A stretch of DNA of 64,000 bases from a virus (lineage: Duplodnaviria > Caudoviricetes): the IMG/VR virus record IMGVR_UViG_2758568506_000001, positions 7,710 to 71,709 of that record; one strand, 5' to 3'. The position numbers and the translations under genes are program-made. Below, one piece after another: positions 38,082 through 45,932 of the stretch; the first letter of the stretch is position 1; each line of letters opens with the position of its first letter. The notes below the pieces were generated by a model that was not told the DNA's origin, searched no databases, and saw only the letters and a program-made list of their open reading frames with translations.

Positions 38082-38253
38082 ATGAGATATGAAGTGATAG
38101 TGGAACGGAGCTATGAGATTAAACTTTTAGGCACTGCGTTCCGAGGTACATGGGCGTGTACCTCATAGCCAGTGCCGTTAACCAAAAGGATTGTCAAATA
38201 GAAAACTCCTTTTCGAATACTACGAGGTACATGATAAATCATGTACCATTTTT
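38082..38253. ncRNA. Structured RNA candidate with crossing helices, between convergent promoters and terminators
   Basis: Perfect pairings GGAACG/CGTTCC, GCTATGAG/CTCATAGC, GGCACTG/CAGTGCC and hairpin GAGGTACA/TGTACCTC within 38102-38176. Confidence 0.45.
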
Positions 38254-38350
38254 TATTATATCAAAAATGGTCAGCATCTGCATTTTAGTTAATTTTATAC
38301 ACAAAAAGCCACCCAGAAATTAATCTGAGTGTCTTTTTTTATGTTGTTAT

Positions 38351-38653
38351 TTATATTTTTTGATAGTAATCAAATCCCACATTCATGATGGCCAGCTCGG
38401 TTAAATCCGTGTCTAACTTGTCCATATCAGATTGCGATCTAGAGCTTAAACCATTGTCATCAATAATTTTGTTTAGCACTTCTGAAACAGAATCCTCATT
38501 CGAATCAAAAATACCGTGATTATCGTAGATAACCATATCAGCGATTTTTGTTAAATCGTCGCTTTCGACTTTTGCAACTGTTCTGGAAAAAGCTCCTTTA
38601 GGACTATCTTCTAGCAATTCACCAATCATTATAACTGAGTTTTCATTTTTCAT
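38351..38653 (-). CDS. Hypothetical protein (cassette 1)
   Basis: Own promoter repeat, AAGGAG SD and terminator. Confidence 0.65.
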   Translation of the reverse strand: MKNENSVIMIGELLEDSPKGAFSRTVAKVESDDLTKIADMVIYDNHGIFDSNEDSVSEVLNKIIDDNGLSSRSQSDMDKLDTDLTELAIMNVGFDYYQKI

Positions 38654-38833
38654 TTTTAAGTTCTCCTTTATCTTTTTTTCAACTTTATAATTATAGTATA
38701 GGCTTAAGTCTATAATTTGTCAAGACTTTTTTGCATAAAAATTCAAAAAAATGTATAATATTATTACTCCGAGTTTTGGATTTCAACTTTATAAAAAAAG
38801 ACACCTAGCTTAATTTCTAGGTGTCTTTTTTGT

Positions 38834-39031
38834 TTAATCATTTAATTCATCAGTAATAGTTTCTTTTGTTTCTTGTAAGTCATCAAAGTAGCTTACGCCA
38901 TCATCAATACTGTCTGGCCATAGAACCCAACAATTTTGTTCTTTATCGAACTCTAAAGTGCCGTACCTATCTTCGTCTACATATACATCAAATCTGTTTG
39001 TATCAACTTCGTTAAATTCTACTTTTTTCAT
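38834..39031 (-). CDS. Hypothetical acidic protein (cassette 2)
   Basis: Own promoter repeat, AAGGAG SD and terminator. Confidence 0.65.
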   Translation of the reverse strand: MKKVEFNEVDTNRFDVYVDEDRYGTLEFDKEQNCWVLWPDSIDDGVSYFDDLQETKETITDELND

Positions 39032-39097
39032 TTTAAGTTCTCCTTTTTCTTTCTTTCAAACTTTATAATTATAGTATAGACTTAAGTCTATAATTTG

Positions 39098-39268
39098 TCA
39101 ACTATTTTTTTCAACGGTTTTAATAAATTTACTTAAGTCATCCAAATCTTCGGGCGTTGCCATTTTGATAAAGCGTTTGGCTTGTGCTTTGGCATCAGTG
39201 TATAGCTTCTTTTCACGGTTGGCAGCACGCCATTTTTTGGTGGCTCTTTTTTGTGCTTCTGTTGTCAC
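39098..39268 (-). CDS. Small basic protein (cassette 3)
   Basis: GTG start with AAGGAG SD; EAQKRATKKW..AKRFIK..ATPEDLDDL. Confidence 0.65.
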   Translation of the reverse strand: MTTEAQKRATKKWRAANREKKLYTDAKAQAKRFIKMATPEDLDDLSKFIKTVEKNS

Positions 39269-39333
39269 GCATTTTTCTCCTTTCAACTTTATAATTATAG
39301 TATAGACTTAAGTCTATAATTTGTCAACAGAAA

Positions 39334-39510
39334 TTTATATTTTTTTCCGTTTTTCTGCAATTATTTTTTCTAATTCGTCTAAATCCTCGCTGGTAGCAAA
39401 GCGACGAATGAAACTCTTGGCTTGTGACCTGTAGACTAAATATTTTTTTCGGTCTTTATTCTTCTCGTCCCACTTTTTATTAGCACGTTTCTTTGCTTCA
39501 CTTAAAGTCA
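39334..39510 (-). CDS. Small basic protein, paralogue of 39098-39268 (not in ORF track)
   Basis: MTLSEAKKRANKKWDEKNKDRKKYLVYRSQAKSFIRRFATSEDLDELEKIIAEKRKKI. Confidence 0.65.
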
Positions 39511-39822
39511 TAATAATTCACCAATTTCAAATAATATTATTCCAAGCAAGATAGCAAAAAGTGGAGCTTAGCTCCACATCTTTTGGTTATTTACAAAAGG
39601 CTTTAGCAATTTTTTCATTTGATTCTTGTTGAAGTCTTTTTTGCTTCTTTGACATCTATTTCTCACCCCCTTACATATTATATAACGCACTACATAACGT
39701 GTACTGTCAACTATTTTTTTAAAAAAAGCCACCCTAGTTTTACCTAGAGTGACTTCAAAAAGGAATTAAATCATGTGATAAAAATTTAATTCATATTCCA
39801 TTCGTATATAAGTATACATCAA

Positions 39823-40527
39823 CTATTTAGTTAATGCAATATTTAGCCCGCTAAAACCTTTGGTCAAATCCTTAGCAAACTTGGCTTTTGATATGCCAAT
39901 TTTAGGCAAGTATTGCCAAGGGTCGGTATGGTCTGTATTACTGTAGCCATGTTGCACAAGCCAAGAGTGAGTTTTGATTCCACGATATGAGTTAGTGTCT
40001 AGAGCTAATGGTATGCCATACTTTTTAGCTGACCATCTGAGCCAGTTTACATAGTGTTTATACGCTTTTAAGGCTCGTCTGTGATTGCTAAACTCGCATA
40101 ATTCAATTTGTACAGGAGCCAAACTATTAGCAGGACTACCAGCACCCCACGCTACATATCCAAGCTCTCCCACTTGATATATGCTTTTATCGTCAATTAC
40201 AAAGTGCACGTAAGTCTGGCTAACATTGATGCCATTTTTCATGTTGCGGGAAATAGCCCAGGCTTCTCCATTTGGTGTAGCGGTTGAGTGAGCAATAATA
40301 AGTCTCGGTGTTGCCAGTTGTGAACTTCCTTTATTGTCACCAGTTTGCTTTTTGAGCGTCTTTAAATCCTTGTCACGCTCTGCAATTTGGCTCTGTAGCG
40401 ACTGATTGGTCTTGCCCAGCTCATCTGTCTTAGCTTTCATTGCTTCGACATCAGCACCATGCAAGCTCATGACCTTGTCAATTTGTTCATCGATTAAAGC
40501 TAATTTTTTTAATTCTTCACGTCTCAT
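39823..40527 (-). pseudogene. In-frame chimera: Gp20-type scaffolding N-terminus fused to Amidase_2 endolysin
   Basis: MRREELKKL..DEQIDKVMSLHG..KQTGDN followed by GSSQ..IIAHSTA..VHF..IELCE..HTDP. Confidence 0.85.
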
Positions 40528-40647
40528 CTTATTTCCTCTCTCGCAATATTTTACGTGGGGCGACCACTTTCAAGGTATAAAAAATAAGCCTTTTTTACGC
40601 CATACTCAGGGCAAAATAAAAAGCAGCTAATTTGGCTGCCTTAAATT

Positions 40648-40947
40648 TTATTTAATCAATGGAAGCCAATCTCTGACTTCTTTAAAAATTCTATATGCTT
40701 TCTGCATCATTGAGTTTTCTGCAAGATACTGCAATCCGTCACTTGTTATAACCGTACTTCTTCTATTTCCTAACAGTACGCCACCATCTAACACTGGTGA
40801 GAACGTAAGTCCTTTAATGTAGCTATCATCACTTAGCATCTGTAGCGTACGAATGAATTGTTGCTGAGATATATCAAAAGTATCAGCTTTCAATATATTA
40901 GGGTCTTCATCTTGACCATTTTCATAGCAATATTTTAGATAACTCAA
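40648..40947 (-). CDS. YjcQ-like protein
   Basis: DYFTIAYKILSYL upstream in frame; ITSDGLQYLAENSMMQKA. Confidence 0.7.
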   Translation of the reverse strand: MSYLKYCYENGQDEDPNILKADTFDISQQQFIRTLQMLSDDSYIKGLTFSPVLDGGVLLGNRRSTVITSDGLQYLAENSMMQKAYRIFKEVRDWLPLIK

Positions 40948-40994
40948 TATTTTATAAGCAATTGTAAAATAATCGTTGTTACTAATTACTCTAC

Positions 40995-41204
40995 CTATGC
41001 TGGTTCTGCACTAACAATATCAGAAATGCCTATCTCATCTTCTAAAGTTCCGCCAATGAAAGTAAGCTCAGGCTCATCATCATCTTCATTTAAGATGTCC
41101 TCAACAAATATCGTTTTATGCTTACCATTCTTTAAAGTGAACTTCACATTCCTGCCATAGAAATGCTGATCAATTTCTTTAATCGTCATTTTTCGTGGGT
41201 TCAT
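40995..41204 (-). CDS. Putative immunity protein for the MuF toxin
   Basis: 69 aa acidic beta-rich ORF directly after the toxin; GGAGG SD. Confidence 0.55.
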   Translation of the reverse strand: MNPRKMTIKEIDQHFYGRNVKFTLKNGKHKTIFVEDILNEDDDEPELTFIGGTLEDEIGISDIVSAEPA

Positions 41205-41216
41205 GATTTGCCCTCC

Positions 41217-42641
41217 TTATTTTAAATAATCTGGCTTCTGAGGCGTGACATGACAGCCTCTCTTACTGTAGCCGATACGTCCTTGCTTAGTTGGATAATA
41301 ATTGCCATTTATGTCCGCCCATAAGCCTATATAAGAATTATGGTTGAACAAAACCTTTTGTTTATCCGTATTCTGGCGTTTCTTACCATATTTGTCAATT
41401 AATGCTTGAGTTTCAACAGGTGAAATAATCAATTCACTTACTGGTCGTTTACGACCTTTAGCATAGTTATCAAATTCGGGCGTTCCCTTTACATGTTTAT
41501 TATACTGCTCTGCATTGAGTTCATTCCAGTTATATTTTCCCGATTTTGGAATATATCTAGCAGCAGTATTCGGTAACGACTCATTTTGCCTTTGGTAATC
41601 AACCGCCTTCTTCCACTGGTCGAAAGTCATGTTGTCAACATAAGTGCCTTTACCAGTTTCTGGATCTCTTGACCACCTTACTCGGTCATCTGGTAAGACT
41701 TCAATATAAGGAACTGTTGTACATCTACAATAAGGATGAATTAACGGATAATTAATGCCATCTTTTCTATCTTTCAGGTCAAAAATCTCACCATCTAAGT
41801 GCCCACATTCTTCGCAAGTGTGGGACTCTAACGTTGCTAAATACTGGTACTGTTCAACTCCCTCTTCTTTGTAAGCATCTGCAGTAGCTGTTTCGGCAAT
41901 GTGCCCCATTTCAGTAATCACTAAGCGATGCAATTGATAGTCTTCAACGTCTCTCAATCGCTGGCGCATCATTTTAAACACTTGCTCATGAGAATGTCCT
42001 AAAACAGAGCCCCTTAATAACGCATCACCTAATTCATTAGGTAACACCTCAGTGTAGTTTTTCCAAATCCGTTTAGAGAAGTTGCTGCCATTCCAGGGCT
42101 TGTTGACAATTACTTTGACTTGATATTCATTAACATTGGCAAAGTTACTAGATAATTTAGCCTGCTCTAATTGTGTTAAGTAGATGCTGTGCATGTATGT
42201 TTGTTGAAATTGGTTAGATAGACTTTGTGCTAATTTGTTACTCTCAGCTGTCGCATATTGACTTAATAGGTTGGTCAGTTGCTCGTCTATGTTCTCAAGT
42301 CTTGATAATTGACTTTTGAAATATTCGGCATCTAGTTCTTTATCAAAGCCACCTTCTTTAGCCTTACGCTTGAACTCCTTCAATGTCATGTGCCAATCAC
42401 GAGTACCAATTGTGCTCAAGATTTTACGAGCATCTTCTTTGCTGATTTTTTGATTGTTGGCATAACGATTGAGCCAGTATTCAACTTCCTGCTCTAGTAT
42501 TGGCTGAACCTCTTTTAAACGAGCACGCATGGCTGACTCATATTCAGCTGCATTAGTCAACTGATTGTCTTTTTCCTGTAAAAACCTCTTTTGCCAATAG
42601 CTACGACTTCTTGCTGTCTTCTTGCTCATCGTCATCATCAC
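41217..42641 (-). CDS. MuF/SPP1 gp7 minor head protein with C-terminal Ntox50-like toxin domain
   Basis: FSKRIW, HPYCRCTT; tail QYNKHVKG..IGLW..TKQGRIGYSKRGCHVTP. Confidence 0.8.
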   Translation of the reverse strand: MMMTMSKKTARSRSYWQKRFLQEKDNQLTNAAEYESAMRARLKEVQPILEQEVEYWLNRYANNQKISKEDARKILSTIGTRDWHMTLKEFKRKAKEGGFDKELDAEYFKSQLSRLENIDEQLTNLLSQYATAESNKLAQSLSNQFQQTYMHSIYLTQLEQAKLSSNFANVNEYQVKVIVNKPWNGSNFSKRIWKNYTEVLPNELGDALLRGSVLGHSHEQVFKMMRQRLRDVEDYQLHRLVITEMGHIAETATADAYKEEGVEQYQYLATLESHTCEECGHLDGEIFDLKDRKDGINYPLIHPYCRCTTVPYIEVLPDDRVRWSRDPETGKGTYVDNMTFDQWKKAVDYQRQNESLPNTAARYIPKSGKYNWNELNAEQYNKHVKGTPEFDNYAKGRKRPVSELIISPVETQALIDKYGKKRQNTDKQKVLFNHNSYIGLWADINGNYYPTKQGRIGYSKRGCHVTPQKPDYLK

Positions 42642-44043
42642 CGTTTAAGCTATTAGGGTTTCCGTACTCGCCATTGCGATTTTTAAGGTCTTCTTGTTGG
42701 TCTTTGAGTTCCTCTTGCCAGTCTTCCACAATTGGATTAGCTTTAGCGATTGCTTCTTTACTTGTCCAGTTAGCTAATTGACTAACTACTTGAGCTCGTT
42801 CAACATCATTTTGAATTGCTGTTCTAGTCCAAGTTTGATTAATTCTTCGACTATCCGCATCTGAAATATTTAACCAATGCATGATTGCTCTAACTAATTC
42901 AGTCACTGCATCCCTAAAATAGGCTTCTGTTTTAGCTGCTTTTAACTCCAAATGAGAATAGAGCATCTTAATTGCAGTCCCAGTTGCATTGTTAGTTTTA
43001 AAATCCGTTGGGTCAATGCCTTGCGCATGAACAAAAATATTAGTCTTAGTTGTTTCTAGCATTGAATTCCGAGCTTCAGTAGGGATATTAATGGCTAATT
43101 GGTCAACACCTGAATCATTGCCACTGCCCATACTCCTAACTTTAATGGACTTATACCGTTGGAGGTCTTCCCTAAATTCATCCAAATCTTGACCGTCGTA
43201 ATTCTTTAAGATTAAAAATATTTGTTGAATATCATCTAAATCATTAACGTAGCCGTTATAAATTTTGTCATAAACGTCAATTAAGCCCTTGTAATGAAAT
43301 AAATCTGGTTGCTGTTCCTTGTTTTTTGGAAACGCAATAAACGGAATTCGACCAAAACCATGATAGTTAACACTTGACGTTCCTGTAAGTTCATCTGTTG
43401 TTAAATCATAAACGTTGAATCTATCTTCAATAGGCTCTAAATTATTAAATTGCTCGTCACGTGATTTAAAAACAGTGACTGTTTCATCATCCCAGTATTC
43501 ATGTACCCAATAAGTTTTAGCGGTTTCTGAATCAAGTTCTTTATACGAGCGTCTTAGTGCTACTAACTTACGATTTAAATCAGTTGAATAAATTGGTGTT
43601 ACTTGGTCTGGTGGCACAATCGCATATCTAAACTGGCTATTTTCATCAAGCCAATAATGTAGCCATGCTATACCAGCATTGGCTGCATCAACAACCAATT
43701 CATTTAGTCTTAAAGCAAAGTTGTCGCCTAAAGTATCTTTGATTTGGTCATTTAGCTTATCTTCACCTACATCAATAGTGGGGGGCTTAGTAACCAAATA
43801 GCCCGCCTCTTGGTCAACTAGCAATTGATGAAAGTTAGAACTCACACGGTTATCAGCTGGTCTTAACGGATTTTTACTCTTTTTTGCCGCATCGTCTTCT
43901 TTAGTTTTAGACTCGCCATTGTTTTTTATCGTGATGTCATTCTCATTGAGGTAATAGCTTTTAGATTTAGCATATTTAGCATTAAAATTAACTCGCCTTG
44001 TTTGCGTGTTTTGTAGCAATTTTTTCATTGCTTCTAATTCCAT
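42601..44043 (-). CDS. Portal protein, SPP1 gp6-like
   Basis: NFHQLLVDQEAGYL, GRIPFIAF, ATGTAIKMLYSHLELKA. Confidence 0.95.
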   Translation of the reverse strand: MELEAMKKLLQNTQTRRVNFNAKYAKSKSYYLNENDITIKNNGESKTKEDDAAKKSKNPLRPADNRVSSNFHQLLVDQEAGYLVTKPPTIDVGEDKLNDQIKDTLGDNFALRLNELVVDAANAGIAWLHYWLDENSQFRYAIVPPDQVTPIYSTDLNRKLVALRRSYKELDSETAKTYWVHEYWDDETVTVFKSRDEQFNNLEPIEDRFNVYDLTTDELTGTSSVNYHGFGRIPFIAFPKNKEQQPDLFHYKGLIDVYDKIYNGYVNDLDDIQQIFLILKNYDGQDLDEFREDLQRYKSIKVRSMGSGNDSGVDQLAINIPTEARNSMLETTKTNIFVHAQGIDPTDFKTNNATGTAIKMLYSHLELKAAKTEAYFRDAVTELVRAIMHWLNISDADSRRINQTWTRTAIQNDVERAQVVSQLANWTSKEAIAKANPIVEDWQEELKDQQEDLKNRNGEYGNPNSLNGDDDDEQEDSKKS

Positions 44044-45284
44044 TTAATAAAACCTCCTTTCCTGATTAAACTCTCAAGAGCATATCTTGTAGCGTCCATA
44101 GTGTGGTCGTTGCCATCTGGATAACCTGACTTGTAATTGCCATTCAAATCAATTTCAAATTCATAACTAGTAAATTCACGCCAGGCATCGGGACAACGGT
44201 TGGGGTCAATGATAATTTCACGTAAATCTTCCAGCCACTTGTAGCCGTGATCACGTGAACCTCCGCCTTTGATTGCACCATAAATGTTCAGTCCCTGGTC
44301 TTGGTATTCCGCAATCATATCAGGGGAGGCTGAATCAGCTGTTAATGGTTCATTTCTGGGATTACGTTGCTTTATCATCGCAACTGCATCACGTACTTTT
44401 AGACCAACACGTTCAAATTCATCAAAAATAAAAATGCGACGCCTTGCTGAGTCCCAATAAATTTTAACGAATGCCGTCGGGTCTTTAGCAAAGCCAAAAT
44501 CAAGTCCGTAGTAAACCTTATCAAATCTAGCAATTTCATCATCTGTAATTGGTCTGGTAGTAATATTGTTGAACACTTCTGCACCAGTTCCAGTTACTTC
44601 ACCCAGATATTCATGTCGGTATGCTTTCTCATTGTCTTTTTCAAGTTGTCTCGCGTCAGCAAGGAATTCAACTCCAAGCCAACTTTTAGGTACAGAACGA
44701 TAATCTGATAAGTTAACTAGCGTATCATCACGCATTTGTTCACTATCAACTGCTTGATTAACCCAGTTAGATTGTCTTGCTGGTGGATTATATGAATAGA
44801 AAGTAATAATACCAGACCCACCTCGACCAAGAGATTGGTTGATTGACCGAATTTCTTCCATGCCTTTAAATTCGGTCACCTCTTCAAAATGTTTGAACTT
44901 GGTGTAACCCTGTCTAAACGTTTGCGACTTGATTTTCCTTGGATCATCTGCACCCTTAAATCTAACTTGCTGACCAGTTGGCTTATATGTCAACTGCATC
45001 GGGCTTACTGATGACTGCCAGTAGTCATCAACATGGAGTAAGTCAATCGCCCACAAATATTGTTCAAAAACCGAATCACGTAGAGTGTTAGCCACCTTAC
45101 GCAGAACAATCGCATTAGCATCCTTATCTTGCATTATTCCCAGTACAATCATGAGCGAAATAAAAGAGGACTTGGTCGAACCACGTCCTCCTTTGAGCCA
45201 ATAATTGGCATGTTTTTTGTTATGAATATCCCAAAAAAGCTTATAGAAAGCCGGCGAGATATTATCTTTAAGACTCACTTGCAT
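44034..45284 (-). CDS. terL: Terminase large subunit, PBSX family (pac type)
   Basis: GGRGSTKSS, HFEEV, YGLDFGF, DHTMDATRYA. Confidence 0.95.
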   Translation of the reverse strand: MQVSLKDNISPAFYKLFWDIHNKKHANYWLKGGRGSTKSSFISLMIVLGIMQDKDANAIVLRKVANTLRDSVFEQYLWAIDLLHVDDYWQSSVSPMQLTYKPTGQQVRFKGADDPRKIKSQTFRQGYTKFKHFEEVTEFKGMEEIRSINQSLGRGGSGIITFYSYNPPARQSNWVNQAVDSEQMRDDTLVNLSDYRSVPKSWLGVEFLADARQLEKDNEKAYRHEYLGEVTGTGAEVFNNITTRPITDDEIARFDKVYYGLDFGFAKDPTAFVKIYWDSARRRIFIFDEFERVGLKVRDAVAMIKQRNPRNEPLTADSASPDMIAEYQDQGLNIYGAIKGGGSRDHGYKWLEDLREIIIDPNRCPDAWREFTSYEFEIDLNGNYKSGYPDGNDHTMDATRYALESLIRKGGFIKWN

Positions 45285-45777
45285 TATTGTCCTCCTTTGG
45301 GATATTGAAATTGATGTTGACTGTCGTGTCTAGATCATCACTGTTTAACTGCTCAACTTTATATTCAGCCATCTTAGCTTCGGCAACCATTTTACGCAGT
45401 TGCGCATTAGAAATAGGGTCACTTGGATACCGTTTAAGCAATTCTTTAGCAGCAGTAATTCTGTCTTTAGCCGAAACTTCAATACCCTCAAAAATGCCCT
45501 TAGCAGTCGCTACAGTCTCCGTTTGTTCGCCTCGCATAACTGAGGTTAAGTATTCTAAAACCTCTTTGGCGCTCGCTAATTTGGCAGATTCGAGCCGTTT
45601 CATGCGCGATTCGATATAAGCTTTAACGTTAGCATTTGTTAGCATGCGACTAGCATTAGCTCTCGCAGTTTCATTATTTTTAACCTTGTAGCCAGCATTT
45701 ACATATGCTTCGGTCGCATTACCACTTTTGATATACTCGTCAGCAAACTTTTTTTGTTTACCTTTTAATTCAGTCAC
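45268..45777 (-). CDS. terS: Terminase small subunit
   Basis: KQKKFADEYIKSGNATEAY..AGY, AKEVLEYLTSVMRGE. Confidence 0.95.
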   Translation of the reverse strand: MTELKGKQKKFADEYIKSGNATEAYVNAGYKVKNNETARANASRMLTNANVKAYIESRMKRLESAKLASAKEVLEYLTSVMRGEQTETVATAKGIFEGIEVSAKDRITAAKELLKRYPSDPISNAQLRKMVAEAKMAEYKVEQLNSDDLDTTVNINFNIPKEDNNASES

Positions 45778-45932
45778 ATCATTTCACCACCTCCTGATTT
45801 TGGGGCACTAAAAAAGAGCACCGCTGGGATGCTCTTTATTACTTAACTAGTTCATATGTTTTCTTAAAAACTGCCATATTAGCAAAGTGCACTGACTTTA
45901 AATAAATTAATAATAATTGCGTTCACAAAAGA

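Larger units (their letters stand above)
38678..39326 (-). repeat. Three ~45-bp promoter/operator repeats (38678-38723, 39059-39101, 39282-39326)
   Basis: TTGACA-17-TATACT with the palindrome TATAGACTTAAGTCTATA spanning the spacer and -10. Confidence 0.85.
1..40335 (-). mobile_element. Element A: HK97-head siphovirus prophage with a plasmid-type rep/par module instead of an integrase (putative integrated phage-plasmid); extends beyond the left edge
   Basis: Contiguous tail, head, packaging, replication, cro/cI modules, followed by rep/parA, small genes and an amidase remnant; no integrase next to cI. Confidence 0.75.

Noticed and set aside
37877-38083. 68-aa ORF
   Set aside because: Runs through two terminator hairpins, no SD
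38102-38176. Hammerhead or HDV/theta ribozyme, or Fst/Lpt toxin
   Set aside because: CTATGAG/CGGAAC only approximates the hammerhead core and there is no stem III. P3/L3 geometry does not fit HDV. The peptides lack a transmembrane helix and the Fst motif
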